Shown in pieces: positions 53,935-64,000 of a stretch of DNA of 64,000 nucleotides (positions within the stretch are counted from its first letter, which is position 1; the number at the start of each line of letters is the position of its first letter). The DNA comes from Octopus bimaculoides (lineage: Eukaryota). The stretch lies in NCBI RefSeq assembly GCF_001194135.2, contig NC_068998.1, positions 55,429,888 through 55,493,887 of the forward strand. Direction: 5' to 3'. Below the pieces are notes generated by a model. That model saw only the letters and a program-made list of their open reading frames with translations. It had not been told where the DNA came from and made no database searches. A program made the position numbers and the translations under genes.

Positions 53935-54150
53935 CAGTGGGCTGGCAGAAATGTTAGTATATCGGACAAAATACTTAGCGATATTTTGTTTGTCTTTATG
54001 TTCTGAGTTCAAATTCCGCTGAGGTCGACTTTGCCTTTCATCTTTTCAGGGTCAATAAATTAAGTACCAGTTGCATACTGGAGTCAATCTAATCGACTTG
54101 GCCCCCTCCCCCAAAATTTTCAGCCTTGTGCCTAGAGTAGAAAAGAACAT
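53935..54150 (+). mobile_element. tRNA-headed SINE, near full-length (family A)
   Basis: ggcagtgggctggcagaaatgttag...gttctgagttcaaattcc (B-box-like)...gcctttcatc...gtaccag. Degenerate copies near 6330-6550, 14860-15050, 31095-31260 and 33690-33900. Confidence 0.8.
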
Positions 54151-55269
54151 ACTCATTCACATTTACTACTACTACTACTACACATTTTAGTTATCATCAC
54201 CTTCATTGATTTCATCTTCATCTATGTTTTTATAACGGTTCATAAACGTCCAAGCAATCTTCAGAGACTGGAGTAATTGCCTGATTGGAGTTTCTCAATA
54301 TTAAGTTAGCTGTTTTATTTAATAATTCTGTTAGATTCTCTCATTAACGAAACTTGGAATAATTACAATTATTTCTCTTTCATTAATTTATAGATTTTGC
54401 AAAAAAATTCCTTTTATGTTTTTGTAATTGAGAACTTGATTTATTTTAGGTGAAAGGGACATGCAATTCTTAAACCTTCATTCCAATTATAGTTTTTTCA
54501 GGTACATCAATATCACACCTTTCTTTGTATTGTCTATATGATAATCTTTTACACAGTTGGTATGTATGATATGATAGCTGATGTGACTTTATTCAATTAT
54601 GTGATCTATATTAACCTAGGGAAATAAATGTTCAATGAAATGATTGTTATAAAACAGCATTTGGCTGCAAACTAAGTTAAATATTTAAAATTATTATAAA
54701 TATGTATAGAATGGCAATGTGTATTATATCTGTTTTCCTTGTTACAAAAGGTTGAATACACTTGTTACTTATTAAGCATAATCCTTTGCACAACCTTATT
54801 GTTTACAATAAGAATTTTATCCGATTGAAAGAATGAAAATGGTGCTGTCTTTTTGTGCAAATAACCAAGGTTACTTCCCTTGGTTATTCACTTTTTCTTC
54901 TAATTTATTCCAAGCATAGATCTTTCTTTTTTTACTTTTTTTAATGTTAGATCTGATTATTTTTTAAAGACTCCGAGTTTGCTTTGGAAGTCTTTTCTAA
55001 AAGACTAATATCTTTCGGTTATTCCTTTGTTATATGAAGAAACTTTAAGCATATATGGCTGTGTAGTAAGAAGCTTACTTTCCAAACACGTGGGAAAGTG
55101 TCTTCTTTAGTCTCAGACCAACCAAAGCCTTGTGAGTGGATTTGGTAGATGGAAACTGAAAGAAACCCGTCGTATATGTGTGTGTGTGTGTGTGTTTTTG
55201 TCCTCCACCACTGCTTGACAACCGGTGTTGCTGTGTTTATGTGCAAATAACTTAGTGGTTTGGCAAAAG

Positions 55270-55900
55270 AGATCATCTGCACAGTTGTCATCAAACTCTC
55301 AATTTCTTTCTCAGTCTTAGTGAATAGCTTTAGGTCATCCATAAACCAAAGGTTGTTTACTTTCACCCTGCCTAGCAGGTACCCCACATGCATTTTTCTT
55401 AAAATGCTCGTTAATGGCAGTATGCAGACAACAAATCGGAGAGGTGACAGACTTGAAAGATCCCTTGAAAGATTCTGCTTTGATATTAACCTCTCCCAGC
55501 TTATCTCATCATGCTGTGAGTTCAGTTTGTCACATTGTCATTCACTTTTGTATTAACTTCAGGACATTGTGGGAGACATTAAGCAGTTTAAGGCATTCAA
55601 TAATCCACAAGTGTGGGACCATGTCATATGCTTTCCTGTAGTCCACCCATGCCATTGCCAAATTTTTGTGTCTCTTCTAGCAGTCAGCCAGGATAGTCTT
55701 ATCGATTAGTAATTGATATTTTGTTCCTCTGCACTTACATCTACATCCTTTTTTGTTCCACTGCGATTCCCATGGAGTGATTTTCAAATGTTGGTATGCA
55801 TGTGCATACACCATACTAACTTCTATCACCTTGCATATCTTCTCTGTCTGTCTCTCATACACACATGCGCACTCACATGTAATCTACAAATATCTTTCAA
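55270..55900 (-). mobile_element. R4/Dong-type LINE reverse-transcriptase remnant
   Basis: HKNLAMAWVDYRKAYDMVPH and NNLWFMDDLKLFTKTEKEIESLMTTV; interrupted at about 55270 by a SINE. Confidence 0.8.
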
Positions 55901-57319
55901 AATTTAGGATGACTTGGTTGAATGTTGCCATGCCTTTTCTCACGTTTTAGTTGCCTCTGTAGTTACAAGCAGACAACTCGTATCTACAATGACTGCCATA
56001 CATATAATTTGTCTGGAAAACGAATTTTTGCATGAGAGGAGAAGCTTAGGTTTGTAGTGATGGGATGTACAAAATGTTGACTGGGGCCAATGGAATTGAC
56101 TTATCCCTTGAAGAAGGCCCAGTATGGTTGCATCCACTAACGGAAAGTAATAGAGTGGAAATGTGCATTTGTTGATAGAAACATATATATATATATAAAC
56201 TCAAATACACAGGTGAATATATGAATATAGTTAAACTAACACAACAAAGATTTCTTTACAATTTTTTCACATTATAAACATTTTAGCTGAAAATGTTTAC
56301 TAATATTTTCAATGAAAATATATGCTGTCATAGTTGTTTACCATGAATATATTTTGTTTCTGGTATTTGTCAATAAAATATTTTTTTAATAACATTTTCT
56401 TTTAAATGTGATATTAAAAAAAGAAAAAAATTTTACAATTTAGTTAGAAATGTTATTTTTTCTATATTCAACAGAAATCAGTGTTTCCATTCATCATTAT
56501 TGTTTTAATGTTCACTTTTTTGTAGTCTACTGAAGCAGATTTTCTACTGCCAAGTGCCTTTCCTGTTGCCAACCTTCACCTGTTTCCAAGCAAGATAATA
56601 TTTCCCATGGCCAGATATGTTTTTGCAGAATATTGGAGATGAATGGCACTGTTTGTATGATAGTGACACTCATTTACTACTATCATATGATGTCAAGACA
56701 AGGAGACACATAAACATATGACAGGCTTCTTTCAGTTTCTGTCTACCAAATTCACTCATATGGCTTTGGTCAGCCCAGGGCTATAATAGAAGACACTTGC
56801 CCAAGGTGCTATGTGGTGGGATTGAACCATGTTGTTGGGAAGCAAACTTCTTACCACACAACCATACCTGCACCTATACACTTATGTAGTAAATAATGTC
56901 TTTGATTTTGTTAGATATTGCAGTGAGGCTAGGAGTTTCTGGCATATCGCTACCTGGAGTACGATGTAGCCTTTTGTAGAGTCTGCCCCTGCCACTTGTA
57001 AAAGCAAACTAGACTGAAAATTGCCAACACTGAAATGAAAGGAGACTGGCAATGCCTCCTCACTTGGTATCACTTGACTCTAGAGATAAAACCAACTGTA
57101 CCACGAATACTGCACTGCAGATTGTTACCTGCAAGTAATTCTGTAATATGTATTTATTAGACCACTTTGTATGGTTAGATACTGCAACATTATGGCAATG
57201 CATTCAATTTTAAGACAGTGTTTATGAGATAACAGCAGCCCTGTAATAGTAAGAGAAACTCTGGAGGGAATGAAGTAGACTTATGGTGGCATTGTTATGC
57301 TTAGTGGTGTATTCTGGCA

Positions 57320-57900
57320 TGTGAAAAAATATTCGAGCGAGGTTGTTGCCAGTGCCACTGGACTGGCTCCTGTGCAGGTGGCACGTAAAAAATACCATTT
57401 GAGCGGGGCTGTTGCCAGTACCGCCTGACTGGCCCTCGTGCCGGTGGCACATAAAAGCACCCACTACACTCTCGGAGTGGTTGGCGTTAGGAAGGGCATC
57501 CAGCTGTAGAAACTCTGCCAGATCAGATTGGAGCCNNNNNNNNNNTAGGAAGGGCATCCAGCTGTAGAAACTCTGCCAGATCAGATTGGAGCCTGGTACA
57601 GCCATCTGGTTTGCCAGTCGTCAGTCAAATCGTCCAACCCATGCCAACATGGAAAGCGGACGTTAAACAATGATTATGATGAGGATTGTAATTTAATTTA
57701 ATATTTTAATTAATATTAATTCATCATCATCACGATCATCATTTAACGTCTTTTTTCTATGCTGGCATGGGTTGGTCGGTTTGACTGAGGACTGGCGAGC
57801 CAGTGGCTGCACCAGGCTCCAATCTGATCTGGCAGAGTTTCTACAGCTGGATGCCCTTCCTAACGCCAACCACTCTGAGAGTGTAGTGGGTGCTTTTATG
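57320..57900. mobile_element. Two RTE 3'-UTR copies in tail-to-tail inverted orientation
   Basis: A plus copy (57320-57680) and a minus copy (57722-57900) share about 180 nt in reverse complement. Confidence 0.85.
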
Positions 57901-58200
57901 GGCAAGTGTCTTCTACTATAGCCTCGGGCCGACCAATTTGGTAGACGGAAACTGAAAGAAGCCCATTGTATACATGTGTGTGTGTGTGCGTATATGTTTG
58001 TGTGTTTGTGTTTGTCCCCCCAACATCGCTTGACAACCGATGCTGGTATGTTTACGTCCCTATCATCTAGCGGTTCGGCAAGACAGACCGATAGAATAAG
58101 TACTATGCTTACAAAGAATAAGTCCTGGGGTCGATTTGCTCGACTAAAGGCGTGGTTCCAGCATGGCCACAGTCAAATGACTGAAACAAGTAAATGAGAG
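57900..58200 (+). mobile_element. tRNA-headed SINE body and tail (family B)
   Basis: ggcaagtgtcttctactatagcctcgggccgacc...ggaaactgaaagaagccc-(tg)n...cagcatggccacagtcaaatgactgaaacaagtaaa. Confidence 0.8.
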
Positions 58201-58788
58201 TATCTGGTAATATCTTTTTTGCTTTTGTTTACAAAGTTTATATTGACTGTAGATTTACGCACAAATATCAATAATGCAACACCAGTATATGGTAATGAAC
58301 TAGCAGTTTTGATATGTCGTTATCTAAAATTTTCTTGGCTATCACCCATTTTTATTTTTATCAAAAATTTGATTTGTGTCAAAATATTTTCGTTGCTTTG
58401 AAACTGCGATCTGTTCACTGACAAAACTTTGTGCTACACTTGAAAAAGTAACAGTTCGTGCTATTGAGTTAGTCATGGCCTGAGCCGATAGTGGCCGAAA
58501 CCAATCTAAGTTGTATGTATGTATGTATCTAAGTTGTATGCATTTATGGATGTGTGTAGAAGTGTCTGCGTGTATGTATATGTAAATGTATATTTATGTA
58601 CTGATATGTATGTTCAAGTTGCATATATAACTGTTATTCCGTCGATGGTTGTATATATAGGTACTACTAAAGCAGCACGGTCCCGAACGCGCAGTCGCGC
58701 GTCCGCGCTAGCTAGTNNNNNNNNNNGTATGTTCAAGTTGCATATATAACTGTTATTCCGTCGATGGTTGTATATATAGGTACTACTA

Positions 58789-58838
58789 AAGCAGCACGGT
58801 CCCGGACGCGCGACTGCGCGTTCGGATCCGTGCTGCTT
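58789..58838. repeat. GC-rich 50-nt hairpin
   Basis: 11-bp stem, 2x2 internal loop, 10-bp stem (one G-T) and a GACT loop. Confidence 0.9.
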
Positions 58839-58859
58839 AAATTCAATGTGTTAGATGAG

Positions 58860-60335
58860 TGGAGGACAAAAGCCTTTCGGTTATATTTTTCGATTATTTT
58901 TTTCACCTTTTACTTGTTTCAGGCATTAGACTGAGGCCGTGCTGGGGCACCGTCATGAAGAATTTTTAGCTGAAAGTATCGACTCCAGAATCTTTTTTTC
59001 CTTTTTACTTGTTGCAGTTATTAGAGTGCGGCCATGATGGGGCACTATCTCGAAGAATTTTTAGTCGAATGTAATGGAGTGCATGAAGTTAAACCTAGAA
59101 GGTCTCTCCACATGCTAGAAATAACAACCAAATCTCTTGAAATTTTTTTATAACCCCCTCAGCTTTTTTATTTTATTTTCTAAAAACCTTTTTACTTGTT
59201 TCAGTCATTTAAAAAATACTTATTTAAAGTCTTTCGTTTTCTTCTCTCAGCACTTACAGATTGATGAGAATAAGTCGACCTTTTAAATTTTCTCCGGGCG
59301 TTGAAGGTTTAACAGAAATATGGCGCCGAAGAGTAGTCATTCAAACGTACTTCTTAACCGTTTTTATGTTTCTACACATTTCTTGAAGTAAATGCTTTCC
59401 CTTTTGTTAGAATTCACACAATATGTACATTGAGTAGTCGATTTATTTTCATTTTCAAACTTCAAAATTATTTTAAAAACGAGGAAAATAATATAAACAC
59501 ACGGAACATACCATTGTGAGGGACATAGATGTTTTGACACCGTTTTTCGATTGAATATATTTTGTTTACTTAAAAATTGGAATTTTGGAAAATATTTTTT
59601 TTTTACAACCGCGATTAGCGGGGGTAAAGAATATGTATGCGAAAGTAAATAAGACTTGTTTAGGGGTTTTTGTTACGACGAAAACCGGTGGTGCTCCACC
59701 CTAAACACCTGTTGTACGTATTCTTTACTTTCGCCCCACGATTTCCGTTCTTTGTTTACGTGAAATTATAAGATTTGGCTGTTATTTCTAGTATGTGGAA
59801 AGACCTTCTAGGTTTAACTTTGTGCTGGTTGAAAAATCACCTAAAAAAGATTCTGGGGTCGATACATTCGGCTAAAAATTCTTCAAGGCGGTGCCCCAGC
59901 ATGGCTGCAGTCCAGTAACTGAAACAAGTAAAAAATATTTTTAGAAAATAAAAAAAAAACCAAGAATAACCAAAAGCTATAACCGAGAGTGGGGGTGTAA
60001 AAAAAACTTCAAGAGATTTGGCTGTTATTTTTAGCATGTCGAGAGACCTTCTAGACTTAACTTCATGCGTTGGTTGAAAATCATCTTAAAAGAATTCTGA
60101 GATCGATACAATCGACTAAAAGTTCTTCAAGGTGGTGTCCCAGAAAAAAAAAAAAAAAAAAATTATATCACGGAAGTGGTTTTGGTCAAGCTTAAAAAAA
60201 ATTTCAAGGTCGTGTCCCAAGCATGGCCGGCCGCAGTCTAATGACTGCAACAAGTAGAATAAAAGAAATTCTGGGGTCGATACATTCAGCTAAAAATTTT
60301 AAAAACGAAAAAATAATCGCGGGGCTTTTGTTCGG
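58860..60335. mobile_element. Foldback-like composite element with inverted SINE-tail arrays at both ends
   Basis: The left end ggacaaaagcc plus minus-oriented SINE tails and the right end plus-oriented tails plus ggggcttttgttc are reverse complements. The core is homologous to 28150-28890. Confidence 0.5.
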
Positions 60336-60741
60336 ACCCCGTCTTAGATACGTACCTACAAATATAAACCTACCTATACATATGTACAAGCACATCCAAT
60401 CGTTTAAACACGTATACACACACACATATATATATGTATAATCTTACAGTGTATATATATAACGTTTTTAATGTAAAATAAAACTATTAGATTCTCCACC
60501 TGTTGTATCAATATGAATTGTTAACAATAAAATTTCACCGGAGATAGATTAGCAACATTTAATAAGAGGGGAGGGGGGAAGTTGCGATTATTCAAGTATA
60601 TGTATATTTTTATTAATGTTTAGCAGAAGCAAAAGAGGACTCAATGTTATGTATATATACATACATACATATATATATATATATACACACGCACACACAA
60701 AGCACACATATTCCTTATAAAGCTCAGAATAAGCTGGACTA

Positions 60742-61030
60742 CACGTTTCGGCCATTATCGGCCCAGGCCATGGCTAACTCAATAACACCACCTGGAAAAA
60801 TCTTTTAGTTCATTATTTCTGGACACCATAGACCACTCAAGCAGAGAGTTGTTGTTGGTTGAGACGTATCCAGGTGGAGGTGATTTATCCATTATTTCCT
60901 GGAGGAATTTGTCTAGGTACTGTTTGGTAGTTGTGGGGTCTTTTTCTACTTTAATTTCTTTTGGGATAACATTGAAAAGTGCAGGACCATTTGCAGTGAA
61001 GAAATTGTTGTAAAGCTGTATATATTAAAA
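60742..61030 (-). mobile_element. CR1/L2-group LINE 3' end
   Basis: The minus strand reads NGPALFNVIPKEIK...LDKFLQEI...PPGYVSTNNNSLLEW; an inverted copy of its tail lies at 58461-58500. Confidence 0.7.
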
Positions 61031-61745
61031 GATATATTTAAGAGGTTATGGGCCAACAGATTTTTGGGATCAGACGATACGCCATAAAGCTAAACTCATT
61101 ATGGACGGGAAGCCTAAGGTAATCCCATAAACCGGCCTTCCCTACTTTTAATATATATATATATATAGTAGAAGGCGAAAGATTTATCTGCTTGGGGTAT
61201 GTAGGTCATTATTAAGTTTATTTCAAGATTTCTTGCCAATAAAGAAAAGAACCGGTTTCTAACCTAGACCCAAGGCTCCTTCATTGGAATTTCAACATGA
61301 ACAATAGGGTATTTTTGTTTGTTAGTATGTATGTGCATGTATACATGCATGCTTACATGTGTTTGTGTGTCATGCAAACTCGACCATATAAACCCGGATT
61401 CTTAACGTCAGATCAAGCTCTAATTACCTTGTTTCTGTTTTGTTATTGACTGCTGCCTGTTTCATTGTTCACTGATATATTCTCTCAAGTAAATAAAACC
61501 AGCCAGCAGTCGACATACCTACTCTGCCCTGTATATCCATATGTACACGTCTCGGTGTTTGTTCACTTACTCTCCACATTATCTGTAAATAAGACTTTAT
61601 TTCTAACCTACATAGACTTACTTCTGCAACACATGTGAGTAATGTTATCGGCTTTATCTACTTTAATCAAATTGAATTTGAAGTTTACTTTTTAAACTAA
61701 AACAGTGTTACGTTTTGCTGTTGATGCTGAATTATCCATTTGAAA

Positions 61746-63125
61746 ATGTCTAAAAAATCATACAGTCTTACGAGCATCAAAGCTTTTTATTTCCTTGTAA
61801 TATTCTCTGTTGTTCTTGTGAGTTTAGCCATGACTTACGGTTATTTTGCGAATAATTATTTTGGGCGCGAGAAAGTAAACCGCATGTATAAATTGTCAAG
61901 TGGTCAGGACTTTAAAGGCAAAATTAATATGAATCATGTGAAATATTTTAATAGAGAAGCACATAAACGAGATAAATATATTGAAATGAAACGTAGGTTT
62001 AAAGGAGAAAAAGTTACACATTTCGCAGAACCGTTGAAGCGAACATGGGCAGACGAGAAAAGAATAGATTTTCTTTCAAAATCTAGACGAAATAAAACAA
62101 TCACATTCCTAACTTTGAAGATTAAAAAGAACAATACGAGATCGTTTAATAAAAAAGACAAGAAGAAACCTCTAAAATTTCCCTCAAAGTTTGGAGAGCA
62201 GAATAATAAATGGGAAGCTAAGAGGTTTCCTTCGCAGTTTAAAAGAAATAACACTGGGAAATCATTAATATTTCCTTCAAAGGGTAACAATAGCATGGAG
62301 AAATATCGAAAACTACCCTTGAACTTTAGAGAGCAGAAGAAAGTTAAGAGGTTTCCTTCGCAGTTTAAAACAAATAACACTGGAAAATCATTAATATTTT
62401 CTTCAAAGGGTAACAATAACACAAAGAAATATCGAAAACTACCCATGAACTTTAGAGAGCAGAAGAAAGTTAAGAGGTTTCCTTCGCAGTTTAAAAGAAA
62501 TAACACTGGAAAATCATTAATATTTTCTTCAAAGGGTAACAATAACACAGNNNNNNNNNNNNNNNNNNNNNNNNNNNNNNNNNNNNNNNNNNNNNGAGAA
62601 ATATCGAAAACTACCCTTGAACTTTAGAGAGCAGAAGAAAGTTAAGAGGTTTCCTTCGCAGTTTAAAACAAATAACACTGGAAAATCATTAATATTTTCT
62701 TCAAAGGGTAACAATAACACAAAGAAATATCGAAAACTACCCATGAACTTTAGAGAGCAGAAGAAAGTTAAGAGGTTTCCTTCGCAGTTTAAAAGAAATA
62801 ACACTGGAAAATCATTAATATTTTCTTCAAAGGGTAACAATAACACAGAGAAATATCGAAAACCAGCCTTGAAGCTTGGAGAGCAGAATAATATATGGAA
62901 AGTTAAAGAGCTTCCTTCACAGTTTAAAAGGAATAATACTGGAAAAGCATTAATGTTTCCTTCAAAGGTTAATTATTATATGAAGAAATCTCAAAAATCG
63001 CCTTTGAAATTCAGAGAGTTCAATAAATGGAAGTTCAATGTATTTTCTTCAAAGCTTGGTATGAATAAAACAGGGAAATCTCTAAAATTCCCTTCAAAAG
63101 TTAAACAAGATATTTTATATCATAA
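61746..63125 (+). CDS. Large exon: type II membrane anchor plus Lys/Arg/Asn-rich 42-aa tandem-repeat stalk; probable first exon of a spliced gene (possibly a METTL24-like paralogue)
   Basis: ATG at 61746: MSKKSYSLTSIKAFYFLVIFSVVLVSLAMTYGYF (hydrophobic anchor). The frame is open up to the gap at 62551-62595 and open again after it to ...KVKQDILYH. Candidate phase-2 donor aa|gtaata at 63126; without splicing the stop is at 63127-63129. Confidence 0.7.
62167..63100 (+). repeat. Coding minisatellite, 126-bp (42-aa) unit built from three ~14-aa sub-repeats
   Basis: The unit start g/aagaaatatcgaaaa recurs at 62298, 62424, 62596, 62722 and 62848, with diverged units on both sides. 62298-62550 is identical to 62596-62848 across the gap. 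Confidence 0.9.
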
Positions 63126-64000
63126 GTAATATTGATATTTTCTTCAAAGTTTGTACAGAATAGCTAGAAGGATATATCACTCCAAGCAGTGAAAAATTCA
63201 ACTTTTTCTTCAGAGAATTTTCATATTTTCCTATCATAGCTTTCACAATTTGGAAAGAACATAAAAATTCTTGGGGTTTTTCATCAATCCATGGTCAAAC
63301 AAAACATTCTACACAATGCTTCAAGCGAACTACACTACTCTCCTATTCTACTTAATAGTTACAATGCAAAATATTTTAACTCTCTTAATTCACGAGGAAA
63401 ACAAATTTGATATCAATTTCTATGGTAAAATCTTTTGATTTATTATTATTATTATTATTATTGCATTAACAGCAATAGTAGTTTTCTTTAGATGCAAGAG
63501 GGACTTTTGCAGGATAGAGAAAGTCAATTTCATTTTCCCACATATATGATTGATCTTTGTCTTAATGATCTCAGCAGATAAAAAGAAAAGTCAACTCAGA
63601 ACGGTAGAATAGTGAAATGAATACTGGAAGAATATTAATTGACCTTTGAAGGAAACTTTTCGTATGCAGAAGAAAAAATTTTAATTTCTTATAGCTCAAT
63701 GAATGCATGTTCATCTTAATATATAAATCTGAAATTGTGTGTTTGTGTGAAGCCTTTTTGAATGTTTATAGAAATCCACATTTTCCACTTTTTCGTAAAA
63801 TATTTTACATCAATGGAATTTTCTCGATCTGAACTTTCCAGTGCAGTAATTAGATTTTAAAAATTCCGTTTACTTTGTGTGATTTAAGGGAGATTTGGCT
63901 GTTGTTTCTAGCAACTTTTATATTTCATCCTTGCTACCTGGAACGCCATTCTTACACATGCGCTCAACATAAAAATATAGAGAGTAAGAGTAAAAGAGGG

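Noticed and set aside
60742-60790. ggccgaaacgtgt motif suggestive of a second hammerhead (inverted copy at 58461-58500)
   Set aside because: No CUGANGA core upstream; it is the tail of a CR1/L2-type LINE.
61387-61413. TATAAA plus Inr-like tcagat upstream of the repeat-protein gene
   Set aside because: Spacing is about 23 nt rather than about 30, and such motifs are frequent in AT-rich DNA.
61934-62846. Minus-strand ORFs of 204 and 105 aa over the repeat exon
   Set aside because: Antisense shadows of the coding minisatellite; the plus strand has the ATG, anchor and donor.

Overview
AT-rich, gap-containing eukaryotic scaffold. The repeat content (tRNA-headed SINEs, (GAT)n-tailed RTE LINEs, dense (TA)n/(TG)n/(AG)n microsatellites) looks like an Octopus genome; this is pattern recognition, not a database result. 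Positions 1-44 kb are almost entirely degraded transposons, and I could not support a host exon there. Two host genes lie on the + strand. (1) A six-exon METTL24-like (Methyltransf_22/FkbM-type) gene that I assembled by hand: 44257-44412, 46709-46821, 48256-48384, 49277-49351, 49571-49709, 53205-53549. All introns are GT-AG and phase-compatible, giving 318 aa with an N-terminal membrane anchor and several substitutions in the predicted SAM-binding motifs. (2) A large exon at 61746-63125 encoding a membrane anchor plus a very basic 42-aa tandem-repeat stalk. It ends at a phase-2 donor after ...ILYHK, so it is probably the first coding exon of a tandem METTL24-like paralogue. Notable non-coding signals are a minimal hammerhead ribozyme in a Penelope-type end (17078-17123), two hairpins whose loops occur in flipped orientation in a second copy, a 37-bp perfect intronic hairpin, a foldback-like element with SINE-tail inverted ends present twice, and an RTE inserted at the GAT-GAT (DD) codons of another RTE's active site. 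Several gaps have duplicated flanks, so some repeats may be assembly artefacts.
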